Shown here in pieces: positions 36,183 to 43,498 of a DNA stretch of 47,857 nucleotides. Below the pieces are notes generated by a model. It did not search any database, was not told the origin of the DNA, and saw only the letters and a list, made by a program, of their open reading frames with translations. Within the stretch, counting starts at the first letter, position 1, and each line of letters begins with the position of its first letter. The stretch spans positions 1 to 47,857 of IMG/VR virus record IMGVR_UViG_3300030385_001684; one strand, written 5' to 3'. Origin of the DNA: a virus (lineage: Duplodnaviria; Caudoviricetes). The position numbers were made by a program, and so were the translations under genes.

Positions 36183-36395
36183 GTGACCAGAAAGCTGCAA
36201 GCCGAACGCCCGACCAGGCGGCACACGACGATCCGGATGCGCGACGATCTGCGCCGCGAATTGCGGCGGATGGCGCGGCTGGAAGGCCGATCCGCCAGCA
36301 ACCTGATCGAGCATCTCGTCACCGACGGCCTGAAGCGGCTGGCGAAGAAGCATGACGCCGGCGCGGCCGGTGCCAGCGAGGGGGTGTTCGAGTGA
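36183..36395 (+). CDS. Ribbon-helix-helix DNA-binding protein
   Basis: TTIRMRDDLRRELRRMARLEGRSASNLIEHLV; ends GVFE. Confidence 0.78.
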   Translation: MTRKLQAERPTRRHTTIRMRDDLRRELRRMARLEGRSASNLIEHLVTDGLKRLAKKHDAGAAGASEGVFE

Positions 36396-36601
36396 ACTAC
36401 CGCAAAGACGACATGCCGGCGTTCCCCCGCGACCATCGCCACGACGGCCACAACGGCATGACGCTGCGCGACTGGTTCGCCGGGCAGGCGCTAACTCAAT
36501 CGTGCGAAGCGACAAGGGCAATCCTTGGCCGCCTCGACGCACAGTCGGCGGCCGAGCGCGCCTACGAAATCGCCGACGCGATGCTCGAGGCGAGGAAATG
36601 A
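36392..36601 (+). CDS. Conserved small phage protein
   Basis: PAFP...GMTLRDWFAGQAL...AYEIADAMLEAR, a common phage motif. Confidence 0.8.
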   Translation: MNYRKDDMPAFPRDHRHDGHNGMTLRDWFAGQALTQSCEATRAILGRLDAQSAAERAYEIADAMLEARK

Positions 36602-36804
36602 CCCTCGACGAGATCCGGGCCAAGCACCCGGCGCTGGGGCTCGGGCTTTACGCGCTCGAACCCGGCGAGCCCGTCACGCTCGAGATGTTGACCGCGGACG
36701 GCCAGAGCTTCCAGTTCCGCGGCGCGACCGTCCAGGCCGCGATCGATCTGGCCTTCCCACCCGAACCGGAACCGCCGGCGCCAGAGCCCAGCGTGTTCGA
36801 CTAG
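36598..36804 (+). CDS. Hypothetical protein
   Basis: ATGA coupling; ends in a Pro-rich linker plus SVFD. Confidence 0.65.
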   Translation: MTLDEIRAKHPALGLGLYALEPGEPVTLEMLTADGQSFQFRGATVQAAIDLAFPPEPEPPAPEPSVFD

Positions 36805-36809
36805 AGGAG

Positions 36810-37067
36810 ATGATCGTGGAGCACACAGAAGGTAACAGCATGAGCGAGAACAACGTCATTGAGGCATCGGAAAACCTCAAGGGTGAAACGATAATCACCG
36901 TTCAAACTAAGCGCGGCCGAGAATACGTGATCAATCAGGACGTGGCTGCAAGGGAGGTGGCACGCATCCTCTGCGACATCGCCAATGAACGCCACTTCGG
37001 CTGGGACTTGGCGGATAGCTGGTTTCGCGCGGAACTGGAACTTCTGCTTGCGAGGAGCGCAGCATGA
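36810..37067 (+). CDS. Hypothetical protein (start uncertain)
   Basis: SD GAGGAG; lower GC than neighbours. Confidence 0.55.
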   Translation: MIVEHTEGNSMSENNVIEASENLKGETIITVQTKRGREYVINQDVAAREVARILCDIANERHFGWDLADSWFRAELELLLARSAA

Positions 37068-37219
37068 CCGAGCGACCGATGCAGAATGACATCCTGCGCG
37101 CCTTCCTGTGGCGCTACGCGCTCGTCGTCGCCGTGATCGGCGGGATGCTGGCGCTGACGATCCCGATGGATACCGGCCGGCTGGAACGGCCCGTCCTGAC
37201 AGCCGCGCATCCGCAATGA
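37064..37219 (+). CDS. Small single-TM protein (not in ORF track)
   Basis: SD GAGGAG; MTERPMQNDILRAFLWRYALVVAVIGGMLALTIP... Confidence 0.55.
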   Translation: MTERPMQNDILRAFLWRYALVVAVIGGMLALTIPMDTGRLERPVLTAAHPQ

Positions 37220-37267
37220 CTGGCGACGTCTGCTGACCTCGCGTAGTGTGGCAGACCGTGCGCCACG

Positions 37268-37301
37268 AAAAAGGGTGCGCCCGACCAAAGCGCACCCTTT
37301 T
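37268..37301. terminator. Possible bidirectional terminator
   Basis: AAAAGGGTGCGC-9 nt-GCGCACCCTTTT. Confidence 0.65.
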
Positions 37302-37337
37302 CCTTTCAGAACGCCCCAACCCTCGCAGGAGCGCTTC

Positions 37338-37646
37338 ATGCCTACAACATATGGACAGGACGGGCAACAGGAGAAGCCCGCGACGCAAGATCGTGTGCGC
37401 TGCCTCGCAGACCTCGCCGTCGGTCAGCAAGCGCTGATCGTCGAGCGCATCGAGAACGAGGTCCGCACCGTCCGCTACATGCGCCGGGCCGGCGTGTCGC
37501 ATCTTCCGGGCTACGTGCCGACCTATCGGCTGTCGTGCGTCCAGGGCGCGCCGGGTGAGCCACCCCGCTACAACTTCCAGGCCGGGCTCCATCCGTATCC
37601 GCAGCACTCGTTCGGTGCGGCGCTGTGCCAGGAGGCCGGACGTTGA
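37338..37646 (+). CDS. Hypothetical protein
   Basis: SD AGGAG before ATG 37338; coupled to the primase gene. Confidence 0.55.
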   Translation: MPTTYGQDGQQEKPATQDRVRCLADLAVGQQALIVERIENEVRTVRYMRRAGVSHLPGYVPTYRLSCVQGAPGEPPRYNFQAGLHPYPQHSFGAALCQEAGR

Positions 37647-39814
37647 ACGCCCATTCGCTCAGACAGACCGGCCCCAAGCAGGCCGTCGCCTTTCTTCGCG
37701 CGCTGGACCCGACCGGCCGGCACAACCTGGTCGCCATCGACCCAAGCACCGGCCACGTCGACGGCCAGACCTTTGAACCAGGCGACTGGATCCACATCGA
37801 GACGTGGGTCGCCGCCCGCGAGGGCACGCGCAATCTCTATGCGTCCGTCAACGAGCCGGCGGCCGGCGCCCCGAACGACAAGCTGAAGAAGGAGCACATC
37901 GGCGCGATCCGGGCGCTGTTCGCCGATCTGGACCCGGCCGGCAAGGCTGATCTGGACACCGAGCGCGCCGAGATCGCCCACAAGGTCGAGACGCTCCAGC
38001 ACAGCGTCGCACCCCCGACCTTCTCGATCGACAGCGGCAGCGGCTCCCAGTTCGTCTGGAAGCTGGAAGAAAAGCTGCCGCCGGTGCTGCACGGCGATCC
38101 CATGTGGCGCCAGTGGGCCGAGGACCAGGGCCGGGCGCTACGCCACATGATCGGCGGCGATGCCGTCCAGAACATCGACCGCATCATGCGGCTGCCGGGC
38201 ACGATGAACCTGCCGACGGCCAAGAAGGCCGCCAAGGGCCGCATCCCGCGCGCGTCCACCGTGACCCACGCCACCGATCGCCAGTGGACGCCCGAGGCGA
38301 TCAGTGCCGCTGTCAGGCCAATCAAGGCGGCCGAGGCGGACACCGAGACCGATGCGGCCATCGCGGCCGCCATGCAGTCGCTGGACATGGAGACGATCCG
38401 GAGCTCGAACAGCCTGGAGGATCTCGACGGGCCGCTGCGTTCCCGTTTTCTGTCGGCTGTCGCGGACGACCGGGCCTTGGCGGCGTTGTGGTCCGGCGAG
38501 CCACCCAAGGATGACAGCGGCAGTGGCTACCGCTGCGAACTGGCGAAACATCTGGGCCGGCATGGCGGCTTCAACGTCGCCGACTACGCGGCGCTGGCCT
38601 GGGTGTGGGAGCACGCGACCCAGCCGGGCGACGACCGCGAGCAGAAGCTGACGCGGCGCTCCCTGGCGCGTGACTGGCATCGCATCGGCGCCAAGCACGA
38701 TCTGGCCGCGAAATACTGGGAGGAACTCGACGAACAACCCCCCTCCTCCGACCAAAATTTACCTAAACGCTTTTCATTCACGACCTTGGGCGAGGCAGCG
38801 GCCTCGGCGCTGACGGCCGGCGCCAAGCCGCTGGTCAAAGGGCTCCTCGACCAAGGCGCCATGACGGTGCTGTACGGCGAGAGCAACAGCGGCAAGACGT
38901 TCGTCGCGATGGATCTCGCCTTCCATATCGCGGCGGGCCGGTCCTGGGCCGGCATGAAGGTCGCGCCTGGTGGCGTGGTGTACGTCGCGGCCGAGGGCGG
39001 CGCCGGTGCCCGCAAGCGCGCGGCGGCGTTGCTGGCGAAGTATGGCGGCGACGATGTCCCGTTCCGCTTCCTGCTGTCGCCGGTCAACCTGTTGCGCGCC
39101 GACGCGGATCTCCAGCCGCTTGGCGACAGCATCAACGAGGTGGGCGGCACGACGCTGGTGGTGATCGACACGTTGTCGCGCGCCATGGCCGGCGGCGACG
39201 AGAATGCCTCGACCGATATGGGCGCGATGGTGCGGAACCTGGACGCACTGCGCGCCGGTGTCGGTGCCCATTTGCTGGTGGTGCATCACTCGGGCAAGGA
39301 CAAGGCAAGGGGGGCCCGCGGTCATTCGCTGTTGCGTGCTGCAACGGACACCGAAATCGAGATTGCCGACAAGGTGATCTCGGTCACGAAGCAGCGCGAC
39401 ATCGATGGCTCTTTTTCGTCGGCTTTCGATCTGGACGTGGTGACGTTGGGCGCGGATAGCGAAGGGGATCCGGTCACGTCGTGTACGGTTCGGCTGTTGA
39501 GCCGGGCCGACGCTCCGGTGGGGAAAGCGACCCCCAAGGAAGGGGAGATCGTGACGGCCGTTTCGGGCTTGTCGGTGCTCCTGGACGACGAAAGCAAGGG
39601 GGTCGCTCTCGCTGATCTGGTCGAGGAAATGGCGGGGCGCGACGATCCGATGGCGGCGGGAACCGTCAAATTCCACGTCAAAGCGCTTATCGACAAGCGG
39701 ATTTTAGTGAAGGCAGGGCGCGGACGGTATGTCCTAAACGGACAATGTGTCGGCTCTGAAAGTAAGGAAAACGACCCTAACTTTGGTCCTGGCGGACAAT
39801 CTGTCTTTGATTAG
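37643..39814 (+). CDS. Primase-helicase (RepB-like primase plus RecA/AAA_25 helicase)
   Basis: ALFADLD, IDSGSGSQFVW, RIMRLPGT; Walker A GESNSGKT, VVIDT, VHHSGKD, RGHS; SD GGAGG and TTG start; ends SVFD. Confidence 0.9.
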   Translation: MNAHSLRQTGPKQAVAFLRALDPTGRHNLVAIDPSTGHVDGQTFEPGDWIHIETWVAAREGTRNLYASVNEPAAGAPNDKLKKEHIGAIRALFADLDPAGKADLDTERAEIAHKVETLQHSVAPPTFSIDSGSGSQFVWKLEEKLPPVLHGDPMWRQWAEDQGRALRHMIGGDAVQNIDRIMRLPGTMNLPTAKKAAKGRIPRASTVTHATDRQWTPEAISAAVRPIKAAEADTETDAAIAAAMQSLDMETIRSSNSLEDLDGPLRSRFLSAVADDRALAALWSGEPPKDDSGSGYRCELAKHLGRHGGFNVADYAALAWVWEHATQPGDDREQKLTRRSLARDWHRIGAKHDLAAKYWEELDEQPPSSDQNLPKRFSFTTLGEAAASALTAGAKPLVKGLLDQGAMTVLYGESNSGKTFVAMDLAFHIAAGRSWAGMKVAPGGVVYVAAEGGAGARKRAAALLAKYGGDDVPFRFLLSPVNLLRADADLQPLGDSINEVGGTTLVVIDTLSRAMAGGDENASTDMGAMVRNLDALRAGVGAHLLVVHHSGKDKARGARGHSLLRAATDTEIEIADKVISVTKQRDIDGSFSSAFDLDVVTLGADSEGDPVTSCTVRLLSRADAPVGKATPKEGEIVTAVSGLSVLLDDESKGVALADLVEEMAGRDDPMAAGTVKFHVKALIDKRILVKAGRGRYVLNGQCVGSESKENDPNFGPGGQSVFD

Positions 39815-40005
39815 GGTAGGAAAAGGCAGGGTGAAAGGTAGGATCGCAAACCCCTATGGCGTAGGGCTTTCAGCGAAAGTTAGTAAAAGGTAGGATGCCG
39901 GAAAGGCCGCCCGGTTCGAAAGGTAGGAAGTTAGGGTGTATATAATACCCTAACTTCCAACGAACCCCGCCCCGACTTAGCTAAAATTAAGCTTCGATTT
40001 AGCTA
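39812..40005. other. Putative replication origin
   Basis: Lower-GC non-coding tract after the primase; AAAGGTAGGA at 39834, 39886 and 39919; inverted repeat GGAAGTTAGGGT/ACCCTAACTTCC around an AT core (39926-39958). Confidence 0.55.
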
Positions 40006-40029
40006 GGTGGGCCAATGCCAGGCCAAACG

Positions 40030-40056
40030 AAAAAGGGGCGCCGCAATGGGCGCCCC
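40030..40056 (-). terminator. Terminator of the leftward early operon
   Basis: GGGGCGCC stem followed by TTTTT on the minus strand. Confidence 0.7.
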
Positions 40057-40058
40057 GG

Positions 40059-40193
40059 TCATCGTCGGTCGCGGTCGGATCTCGGCGGGCGGTACAATCG
40101 GCGGATCAGCCTCTCGACAATCCGACCGATGACGATGGGCACGATAGCGAACGCGACGACGCCCGCCAGCGCCAGGCCTAGCCAGATGATCAC
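40059..40193 (-). CDS. 44-aa single-TM protein (not in ORF track)
   Basis: MIIWLGLALAGVVAFAIVPIVIGRIVERLIRRLYRPPRSDRDRR; GTGA coupling. Confidence 0.55.
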   Translation of the reverse strand: MIIWLGLALAGVVAFAIVPIVIGRIVERLIRRLYRPPRSDRDRR

Positions 40194-40378
40194 GCCTCGC
40201 CCCCTGAAAGCGACATCGGCTTTCCGACCATATCGTGTTCGGCCTTCAAGGCTGTGAACCGTTTTTGCGTGACGGCCTTTTCATAACCCTGCTCGCGGAG
40301 CCGAGGCGTCAGGCGGGGCGCAACGACCCAGCGCCGTGTTCCGACGCGGGCGGCGACGTAATCGGCCAGTGACATCAT
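40190..40378 (-). CDS. Hypothetical protein
   Basis: ATGA-coupled to the upstream gene. Confidence 0.6.
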   Translation of the reverse strand: MMSLADYVAARVGTRRWVVAPRLTPRLREQGYEKAVTQKRFTALKAEHDMVGKPMSLSGGEA

Positions 40379-40851
40379 GCCATCAACTCCGCGTAAATCG
40401 CTTCCATCACGCTATCGGACGCGATGCCCTGGCCGGACGTGGTGCGCGCCCAAACCGTCATGCCGGCGAAATCCTTGTCGACCTTTTCGCCGTGCTCGGC
40501 CAGCTTGTCGGCCAGCCAGTCGCTGACGATCCAGTGCTCGAACACTTCGCGCTGATAGGGTTCGATACCTCGCGCTTCGCAGGCTTCCTGCCAAGTGTCC
40601 CATGTGTCCGGGTCTTCCTCGCTCGGCTCGCGCACCCCGCCATCCGACATTTCAAAGCCTTCTTGGCGCGCGGCTTCCTCCCAGTCATCGATGGGTCCGG
40701 CGAGTTCGAATGCCTGTTCACAGACCACTTGCAGATCCCGCCCGGCGTCGTTGGCGCGGTCCGTGAAGTCGCACCCGGCGGCAAGCGTCGAGACGAGGCT
40801 CGAAACGCAATAGTGGATTTCCTGGGCGATCATCTGGTCGAGGGTTCTCAT
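40375..40851 (-). CDS. Acidic early protein
   Basis: SD GGAGA within a repeated leader; EVFEHWIVSDWLA...VWARTTSGQ. Confidence 0.72.
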   Translation of the reverse strand: MRTLDQMIAQEIHYCVSSLVSTLAAGCDFTDRANDAGRDLQVVCEQAFELAGPIDDWEEAARQEGFEMSDGGVREPSEEDPDTWDTWQEACEARGIEPYQREVFEHWIVSDWLADKLAEHGEKVDKDFAGMTVWARTTSGQGIASDSVMEAIYAELMA

Positions 40852-40906
40852 TGTCGTTTCTCCGGTTTGTCTGCCAGCATCGGCCGGCGTTGGTCGTGAT
40901 AGGCGA

Positions 40907-41020
40907 TTAAACGGGCAGGAAGGCACCGTAGACGAGCGCGAAGGCGTAGACGGCGGCAATGCCCGCCGCGAGCCGAAACGCTTCTGTGAGGTACTCCCAG
41001 GCGATTTGGCGGGCGGTCAT
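40907..41020 (-). CDS. 37-aa hydrophobic protein (not in ORF track)
   Basis: MTARQIAWEYLTEAFRLAAGIAAVYAFALVYGAFLPV; ATGA coupling. Confidence 0.5.
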   Translation of the reverse strand: MTARQIAWEYLTEAFRLAAGIAAVYAFALVYGAFLPV

Positions 41021-41415
41021 CGTTCGAGCACGTAGACATCGGAGCCGCACGAAGGCTCGAAGCTTGCAGGCGTTTCGTCCGAATAGGGATCGAAGCCGGC
41101 TTCGCTCGCCTCGAAAAGGTATTCAGAGAAGTTGCAGCAAGCGAGCCAAAAGACCCGGTGCGTTATCGTCTCATCGTCGGCCAGCGTCTCGTCGTCGCCT
41201 AGATCGTCGGCGGTCAGGTCATCCCATGCGCCGTAACCTTTCAGGCATTCGCGGGCGGCGTCCTGATCAACGCTAAACTGCAATTCCTCGACCCAATGCT
41301 GGACAGCGGCATCGGCGGATCCCGGCCCGCTGCAATCTTCGATCGCTTCGCGCGGCAGGTCGGTCAGGCTCAATTCGTAACCGACATGGATCGGTCTTCT
41401 GGTGGCGGTCGTCAT
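41017..41415 (-). CDS. Highly acidic early protein
   Basis: SD GGAGA within a repeated leader; Asp/Glu-rich. Confidence 0.7.
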   Translation of the reverse strand: MTTATRRPIHVGYELSLTDLPREAIEDCSGPGSADAAVQHWVEELQFSVDQDAARECLKGYGAWDDLTADDLGDDETLADDETITHRVFWLACCNFSEYLFEASEAGFDPYSDETPASFEPSCGSDVYVLER

Positions 41416-41460
41416 GGTCGTTTCTCCGGTTTGTCTGTTGCGGTTGGTCGTGAGTGCGGA

Positions 41461-41601
41461 TTATGCGGCGCGTTCAGCGCGGGCATCCGCCCTGCGCGCC
41501 ATGCGGTGCATCGCGGCGACGAAGTAAGCGTCGTCGGCGTGCTTGGCGGCTTCGGCCAGGAAGTAGGCGGCGCGTTCGGTCTTGGCGGTGTAAGCGGTCA
41601 T
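41461..41601 (-). CDS. 46-aa first early gene (not in ORF track)
   Basis: SD GGAG; MTAYTAKTERAAYFLAEAAKHADDAYFVAAMHRMARRADARAERAA. Confidence 0.55.
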   Translation of the reverse strand: MTAYTAKTERAAYFLAEAAKHADDAYFVAAMHRMARRADARAERAA

Positions 41602-41635
41602 CGGGTCGGCTCCGGTTCGGCGTTTCGATGTCTAG

Positions 41636-41664
41636 AATGTATGTCGGTTTACAGGCCGCGTCAA
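41636..41664 (-). promoter_or_regulatory. Leftward early promoter
   Basis: TTGACG-17-TACATT on the minus strand. Confidence 0.7.
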
Positions 41665-41834
41665 CAGATAAAACGGATGTCGGCAGATTATTTTCAGGGC
41701 CGACTTCGTAGCGATCAGATATTGTTATCGTCACGATGGTTTTGATAGGATAAGCCTATCAGGAAGCGCGTACGATGCGGCAGGATAAGGCTCGGACGCG
41801 ATTAACGTATTGTCCTCATTGGGTAATTTGTTCG

Positions 41835-42314
41835 ATGCCGCTTCGAAATGGGAAATTAAATCCTCAAGAGAGGGCTTTTGTGGAACATTATTCTAAAACC
41901 GGCGATCCGACCTATTCGGCCGCGAAAGCCGGCTATGCACACCCCGTCCAGCGCGCGGCGCAGAACCTCGGGAAACCGGCCGTCAATGACGCCATCCGCG
42001 CGGCGCAGGCTGCCAGGCTGACGAACGACGAATTGCCGCTGGCGATCGACGTCATTCACAACGTGATGATGGACGAGAAGCAGCCTGGGCGGACGCGGCT
42101 GGACGCGGCGAAGTTCGTCGTCCTCCAGACGATCGGCCGCGACGAGGGCAAAGGATCCAAGGAAGCCCATGAGATGACCGGCGACGAGCTCCAAGCCGCG
42201 CTCGATCGTCTCCGCAGGGAGGCCGCCGACCGTGCGCGCCAGGTCATCGAGCACGATCCGGCCGAGGGCGCGCCGATCGACGAGGCGGCCGGCAAAACGA
42301 GCCCTTTCGACTAG
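41835..42314 (+). CDS. terS: Terminase small subunit
   Basis: LNPQERAFVEHY..TGDPTYSAAKAGY HTH typical of TerS, RLDAAK; ends SPFD. Confidence 0.8.
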   Translation: MPLRNGKLNPQERAFVEHYSKTGDPTYSAAKAGYAHPVQRAAQNLGKPAVNDAIRAAQAARLTNDELPLAIDVIHNVMMDEKQPGRTRLDAAKFVVLQTIGRDEGKGSKEAHEMTGDELQAALDRLRREAADRARQVIEHDPAEGAPIDEAAGKTSPFD

Positions 42315-42579
42315 GTTGCGCGCAAGTTGCGCCCAACGGCAAGGCGCAAAGCCCTATGCCACAAGGGTTGCTCACTGTCTTATGAAGGGAGAAAGCGCGT
42401 CGGCGGGGCGGCCGGTGGCCCCTCGGCGGCCGGACCCGGGCCCCGGCACCAGTCCGGTTCGCGACGCGGCGGCTGCGTCACCCACCCCTACAAAAATAAC
42501 GTGGTTTCAGCGTACCGGACATGTTGTCTTAGCGTCCGCAATCGGTTATTTTATCTGCTGACGCAAAGGAGATCAGCAG

Positions 42580-43332
42580 ATGCCCAAGCGCAGACCCCTC
42601 CCCGCCGTCGAGCGCCTGAGAGAGCTATTCGCCTACGACCGCGAGACTGGAGTTGTGACCGCGAAGGTGACGCTCAAGCCATCGAACGGCCGACGCGGCC
42701 TCGTAGCTGGCGAGCCTGTCGGCTACCTGTCCACCTTCGGCTACCTGAAAGTCACCATCGACGGCGAACTGCACACGCTGCACCGGGCCATCTGGAAGAT
42801 CGAGACAGGCGAGGAGCCGCCCGCGTATCTCGACCACGTGAACCGGGTTCGCGACGACAACAGGTGGGTGAATTTGCGGGAGGCCGACGCGAAGACAAAC
42901 GCGGCCAATTCGTCGATCTCTCGAGCCAATACGTCCGGGGTGAAAGGTGTTCGCCGAAGCCCTTACAGCGCGGACTGGACAGCCTCGTTCACCCGAGGCG
43001 GAAAGGTGTACAAGCTGGGTAAGTTCAAAACCCGCGAGGAGGCCGCCGCGGCCTTCGAGGAGGCAGTTCGCGAGATCGACGGCGACTTCGCGAACCCAGA
43101 AACAGGCCCGGAACGCATCATTTACGACGTCGTCGAGATGATCGACGAGCAATTCACCGATGCCGTCGCGGCGGCTGTCCGCCGCGTGTGGAGATACCAG
43201 CTTGACCCAGGTGTCCCACCCCACGTCAAGGAAACGCTGATCGACATTGGCGTCGACATGTCCACGGAACTCGCGCGGATTTGCCCACAGCGGTACGGGC
43301 AGATGCGGAAGCGCGCAAACGATCCGTCCTGA
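42580..43332 (+). CDS. HNH-AP2 homing endonuclease with unrelated C-terminal extension
   Basis: LHRAIW...LDHVNRVRDDNRWVNLRE (HNH) and NTSGVKGV...LGKFKTREEAAAA (AP2). Confidence 0.88.
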   Translation: MPKRRPLPAVERLRELFAYDRETGVVTAKVTLKPSNGRRGLVAGEPVGYLSTFGYLKVTIDGELHTLHRAIWKIETGEEPPAYLDHVNRVRDDNRWVNLREADAKTNAANSSISRANTSGVKGVRRSPYSADWTASFTRGGKVYKLGKFKTREEAAAAFEEAVREIDGDFANPETGPERIIYDVVEMIDEQFTDAVAAAVRRVWRYQLDPGVPPHVKETLIDIGVDMSTELARICPQRYGQMRKRANDPS

Positions 43333-43393
43333 CGGCCCTCATCGGCTGACATAGCCTACAGTCCTCCCGGCCCTTCCGCCGGTAGCGCCAGCG

Positions 43394-43432
43394 AAAACGC
43401 CTCCGCGACCTCCTCCCAGCGGGGGCGTTTTT
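43394..43432 (+). terminator. Intrinsic terminator
   Basis: AAAACGCCTCCGC...GCGGGGGCGTTTTT. Confidence 0.6.
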
Positions 43433-43440
43433 GCGCCTGC

Positions 43441-43492
43441 TTGCCGGCATCGTCTGCTTCGGGTACTTTCGCGGCAGATTTCAGCCGACGGA
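43441..43492 (+). promoter_or_regulatory. Putative promoter plus 22-bp repeated leader (copy 1)
   Basis: TTGCCG-17-TACTTT, then GCGGCAGATTTCAGCCGACGGA. Confidence 0.6.
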
Positions 43493-43498
43493 GCAGAT

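Noticed and set aside
39986-40002. CtrA box (TTAA-N7-TTTA)
   Set aside because: Single imperfect match in an AT-rich tract; not distinguishable from chance
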